Shown piece after piece: positions 48,359 to 51,621 of a stretch of 51,621 nucleotides of DNA (positions within the stretch are counted from its first letter, which is position 1; each line of letters opens with the position of its first letter). Origin of the DNA: Candidatus Heimdallarchaeota archaeon. GTDB taxonomy: Archaea; Asgardarchaeota; Heimdallarchaeia; Hodarchaeales; Hodarchaeaceae. Location: NCBI GenBank assembly GCA_048881705.1, contig JBHLSH010000017.1, positions 1 to 51,621 of the forward strand, read 5' to 3'. The position numbers and the translations under genes were made by a program. The notes under the pieces are model-generated. The model was not told the origin of the DNA and ran no database searches. It was given only the letters and a program-made list of their open reading frames with translations.

Positions 48359-49255
48359 TTATTGTTTTGTTTTTTCTAATTCATAAAGTTTAGATAGAAG
48401 ATCTTCATGCTCTGGCGTTATCTTTCTGGGAAAAACATGACGGATTCTAATCATTACATGATCGCCACCAATGGGGTCTATAAAGCTTAACACTGCTCCA
48501 TCAGGGGTGTTGGGTTTAATACTACCAGATAAACTATTTCCTTGTGGTGTTTTTATCGTTATTTCGTTGGTTCCTTTTAAAGCTAGAAATATAGAAATAG
48601 GAATGGTTATGATATCGTCATTGACTTCAATTGTGGTTAGTAAATCTCCAGCTGGCCCACCATATTTCCCTTGATTTCCTTTCCCAGGTATACGAAGTGT
48701 TTGACCATTTTTAACATCCTTAGGTATTGGAATCCTGATACGCTCTTTCTTAGAAGAACCGTCCTGATATTTTCGAGTTAGGCTGATTATGCGGCTTATT
48801 TTGGACTTCGAGGTATCTTTCAATTCTGATAGCCTTATTCTAAGAGGAATCTTTACGTCTGTTCCTCTTTTAGGTACATTACGAGATTCAAACCTTGTAG
48901 AACTTCCAAAAGGCGATCCTTGTCTGGAAAATGATCCAAAAATATCTTCACCTCCAAATCCTCCAAAAAACTGCCTGAAAATCTCCATAGGATCGATTCC
49001 CATACCACCTGTTCCTTGACCGAACGCTGAATGGCCAAAATTATCGTAGTTTCGGCGTTTATCCTTATCCGAAAGGACAGTATACGCCTCGCCAATTTCC
49101 TTAAACTTTTCTTCAGCCTCTTTAGGATCAATGCCAGTTTCTTTAGCGCGATCGGGGTGGAATTTTAGAGCCAGCTTTCTGTAGGCTTTCTTGATTTCTT
49201 TCTCGGAGGCATTTCTTGGTACTCCCAATACATCGTAGTAGTCTTTACGCCGCAA
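48359..49255 (-). CDS. dnaJ: DnaJ-family chaperone, class B-like (no zinc finger)
   Basis: [36 protein letters not shown]-rich region, LRIPGKG..G..GGPAGDL. Confidence 0.88.
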   Translation of the reverse strand: MRRKDYYDVLGVPRNASEKEIKKAYRKLALKFHPDRAKETGIDPKEAEEKFKEIGEAYTVLSDKDKRRNYDNFGHSAFGQGTGGMGIDPMEIFRQFFGGFGGEDIFGSFSRQGSPFGSSTRFESRNVPKRGTDVKIPLRIRLSELKDTSKSKISRIISLTRKYQDGSSKKERIRIPIPKDVKNGQTLRIPGKGNQGKYGGPAGDLLTTIEVNDDIITIPISIFLALKGTNEITIKTPQGNSLSGSIKPNTPDGAVLSFIDPIGGDHVMIRIRHVFPRKITPEHEDLLSKLYELEKTKQ

Positions 49256-49293
49256 GCCAAAACGATCCTAGTCTCTATCTGTTTTCATGATTA

Positions 49294-49324
49294 CCACCAA
49301 AATATATCTTATTCTTTTTGGTGG
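49294..49324. promoter_or_regulatory. Perfect 9-bp inverted repeat upstream of dnaJ
   Basis: CCACCAAAA-N13-TTTTGGTGG with TATAT inside the spacer, 39-69 nt upstream of the dnaJ start. Confidence 0.45.
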
Positions 49325-49451
49325 ATTTAACCCAAAAAGGGATCATACTTCTCGGACTCCCGAACTCCGAACAAGGCACGATATATAGCCTGATTTGAAG
49401 ATCTTCCTTTATTTCCCTTCCTTATCCGGTGTGGAATAGGAATGAACATTC

Positions 49452-49784
49452 CTAGGTCTTGATGGCCCGTTGAATTTCGCTTTCAACTTTTCGCATGTTG
49501 GCTCCAACGATTCTCGATATAAGCTTATTTCCCCTGAGAATGGCGAAAGTGGGAACTCCCCGTACGTTCAACATCTGGCCAACGTTAGGATTGTGATCTA
49601 CATTAATTTTTACAAAATCAGCATCGGTATATTTCTTGCTCAGCTTTTCAAAAATTGGTGCACTAACACGACACGGAGCACACCAATCCGTAAAACAATC
49701 AACAACTAAAGGACGGGGCGCATCAACCTGTATGTTCTGTTTGATTATACTAACAAACTCGTTTTCATCAATGACTTTAACCAT
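49452..49784 (-). CDS. trxA: Thioredoxin
   Basis: DCFTDWCAPC, KINVD, VRGVPTF, VGAN. Confidence 0.93.
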   Translation of the reverse strand: MVKVIDENEFVSIIKQNIQVDAPRPLVVDCFTDWCAPCRVSAPIFEKLSKKYTDADFVKINVDHNPNVGQMLNVRGVPTFAILRGNKLISRIVGANMRKVESEIQRAIKT

Positions 49785-50145
49785 ACGGATTTCACCAGTT
49801 ATCAGAAGTTGGTTCGGCTAAAAGAATGAATTGGGTGATTCCAAGCCAATTAGAGCGATCTTCCGAATTAACATAAACCCTTCTCTACGAAGGTCGCTGC
49901 ACAAAAGAGTTCAACGTTTTTCTTGACTTTTCTTGCCCCGTACGATAAGGATTCCAAGGTTTCCTTGTTTTGAATTTCAAAAGCAATCATCCGAATTCCA
50001 ATATTGCGATAAAGGAAATGTCCTCGTAGATATTGTTTCCACGAAATTCTAGCTATCATTGAAAACACATTAGTTTGTGTCCCTTGAGATGTTCGATTAA
50101 TATTAAACCGCTATTCTTTGTGTTACCAATCAAGAGGACTTCGTA

Positions 50146-50961
50146 ATGGCCCTGTTCTCCTTCATTGATACGGTTCTTCCGTTGATAAACCTTCTTTTCT
50201 TTATTCTCGGAGTGCCATTTGTTCTTTGGCTAAATAACAAAACTCGAAACGACTGGATTTGCCTTTTTCTTGGAATCGCTTACATGATCGTCTATGGAAT
50301 CATCGTTCAACCTGAAATTGATGATTGGATATTTTTCTTCTTTGGACTGAGCATCGGTTATATCACGGATTACTGGGGAGTATCATCAAAGAAGTGGAAA
50401 TACCATCCGTGGGATCCCAAGTTCGGCTACTCATACTACGTAGGATTTTCGTGGGGAATGATTTCGATTTTTACTTATAACATTAGCACGGCTTTACCGG
50501 TATATCCGAGTTTGTTTTGGTTACCTGGGATTCTTTTCATGGTTCCCATGGTCGTTTTGGAATGGAAGTATGGGGAAACGAGACGAACTCAATATTTTTT
50601 ATTTGCCCGAGCATTTTTCACCTTCCTAGCATTTGCCATTTCAAATAATCTTGCTCTCCTATTCATTGGCTGCTTTGTAGGATCTTATATTGAATTTACG
50701 GGCGTTGAATGGATTAAAAACTGGCTATATATTGATTCCATGAGCTATATCTTTATATCATTTGGATATTCCCTAATATTGCTTTTCTCGAAACTCCTAT
50801 TGGATATTTTGAATCAAAACCCTATAGATATTTTGGTTGTGATTTTTTTTCTTTCCGCGATAGCTGCATTTGCGATAGACACTTTCTGGGCCCAAAAGTT
50901 CGTTCCAGTCGATCAGACCAAAGCTAGGCGAGCAGCAGAAGAGTATTATTCACGAAGGTAA
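50146..50961 (+). CDS. Polytopic membrane protein with internal duplication
   Basis: Repeated G-x3-G-x2-[DE]-x2-GV-x-W-x-Y motif; 8-9 hydrophobic segments; GAGG SD. Confidence 0.7.
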   Translation: MALFSFIDTVLPLINLLFFILGVPFVLWLNNKTRNDWICLFLGIAYMIVYGIIVQPEIDDWIFFFFGLSIGYITDYWGVSSKKWKYHPWDPKFGYSYYVGFSWGMISIFTYNISTALPVYPSLFWLPGILFMVPMVVLEWKYGETRRTQYFLFARAFFTFLAFAISNNLALLFIGCFVGSYIEFTGVEWIKNWLYIDSMSYIFISFGYSLILLFSKLLLDILNQNPIDILVVIFFLSAIAAFAIDTFWAQKFVPVDQTKARRAAEEYYSRR

Positions 50962-50966
50962 CATAT

Positions 50967-51305
50967 CTATGGAATAGGCAAACCGCCGCCGATTGGAGGG
51001 AAAAATGAGATCTCACAGGAGTGAGTGATTGTGGTGAATATTCCCTTAAGGGCATGGATATTTCGACCATCCATTAAAACAATAAAATCTGGTTTTAACG
51101 AGTTTCCTTCTAAAAAAATTGTATCAGCTCCTTGGCCCATTTTCGTGTTAAACAAAGGAAATATCTGTATAATCGGAGCCGGTTCCGGAATTTGGAGATC
51201 AATATTTTCAGGAAAAATGTCCTGCAATGAGGCAAAGAAAGTAAGTGTGACGCGGATGATAATTACGGTCCTCCTGGAATATAAAAGCCTATATATGAGA
51301 CCCAA
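50967..51305 (-). CDS. MoaD/SAMP/Urm1-like ubiquitin-fold protein with a residual C-terminal extension
   Basis: VTLTFFASL, IVLMDGRNI..L.G..T, ISFFPPIGGG followed by LPIP-stop. Start uncertain. Confidence 0.85.
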   Translation of the reverse strand: MGLIYRLLYSRRTVIIIRVTLTFFASLQDIFPENIDLQIPEPAPIIQIFPLFNTKMGQGADTIFLEGNSLKPDFIVLMDGRNIHALKGIFTTITHSCEISFFPPIGGGLPIP

Positions 51306-51621
51306 TAATCTCCTTTAGTCGTTTAGTAGCCTCGAGCGGATCGGCAGATCGGGTTATTGCTCCTCCTACTATCAGGACATCTGCTCCCGCATCTATAGCT
51401 TCTGGGATGGTCTCGGCTTTAAGTCCTCCAGCAACCGCAATTGGGATTGAAACGGATTCTTTTAGTTTTTTTAATGTTGGAAAAGGGATTTTATCGAAAT
51501 CAGATCTTAATTGCTGATCTATTCCAATATGCAAACCGACAATGTCCACTCCAATCTTTTCAAGTTGAATTGCCCGCTCTATCGGATTTTTTACTCCAAT
51601 TAAATCTGCAAAAATCTTAAC
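51289..51621 (-). CDS. hps: 3-hexulose-6-phosphate synthase family, 5'-truncated by the window edge
   Basis: Open frame to the window edge: ADLIGV...RA..LE..GVDIVGLHIGIDQQ, IAVAGGL, GADVLIVGGAIT. Confidence 0.85.
   Translation of the reverse strand, partial: VKIFADLIGVKNPIERAIQLEKIGVDIVGLHIGIDQQLRSDFDKIPFPTLKKLKESVSIPIAVAGGLKAETIPEAIDAGADVLIVGGAITRSADPLEATKRLKEIIGSHI

Noticed and set aside
49437-49454. Perfect hairpin TAGGAATG-AA-CATTCCTA over the trxA stop as a terminator
   Set aside because: No following U-tract on the coding strand; a single short palindrome could be chance.
49868-50068. 66-aa minus-strand ORF upstream of trxA
   Set aside because: No motif, no SD, and atypical composition; likely promoter region.
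1-51621. Impression that GATC and CTAG are frequent, as possible MTase targets
   Set aside because: I could not count k-mers reliably; an observed/expected Markov analysis and a methylome are needed.
1-51621. CRISPR arrays, IS elements, integrases, tRNA/rRNA, Sec/Pyl read-through
   Set aside because: No spaced direct repeats, transposase or recombinase motifs, RNA-gene signatures, or split genes at TGA/TAG were seen.

Overview
Gene-dense, AT-rich archaeal chromosome segment with about 50 CDSs. I found no rRNA, tRNA, CRISPR array, transposase or integrase. The gene mix points to an Asgard archaeon, probably Heimdallarchaeia/Hodarchaeales-like (inference, not a phylogeny): a Rab-like GTPase with all five RabF motifs, a heliorhodopsin, a tandem GbsR/MarR regulator, a NosD-type beta-helix surface protein, SAMP/MoaD, a KaiC-like protein and Hps. 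Housekeeping or metabolic genes include surE, a GH38 mannosidase, ilvE, CBS plus cystathionine lyase, two ABC-2 systems, MFS, EamA, GNATs, HDAC, NUDIX, HAD, an S8 protease, an M50 protease, dnaJ and trxA. Main leads: (1) four DNA methyltransferases of three structural classes within 16 kb with no recognisable restriction nuclease, two ending in PIP-box-like tails, suggesting a PCNA-coupled methylation system; (2) a putative gelsolin-like / Rab / phosphoesterase operon; (3) a heliorhodopsin downstream of a tandem GbsR/MarR regulator, flanked by lipid genes; (4) an uncharacterised paralog pair with RHH-like plus solenoid domains; (5) three apparent pseudoenzymes (Hef-like helicase, esterase, KaiC); (6) a SAMP/Urm1-like protein with its di-Gly masked by LPIP. 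All family calls come from motif recognition by eye; no database searches were run.
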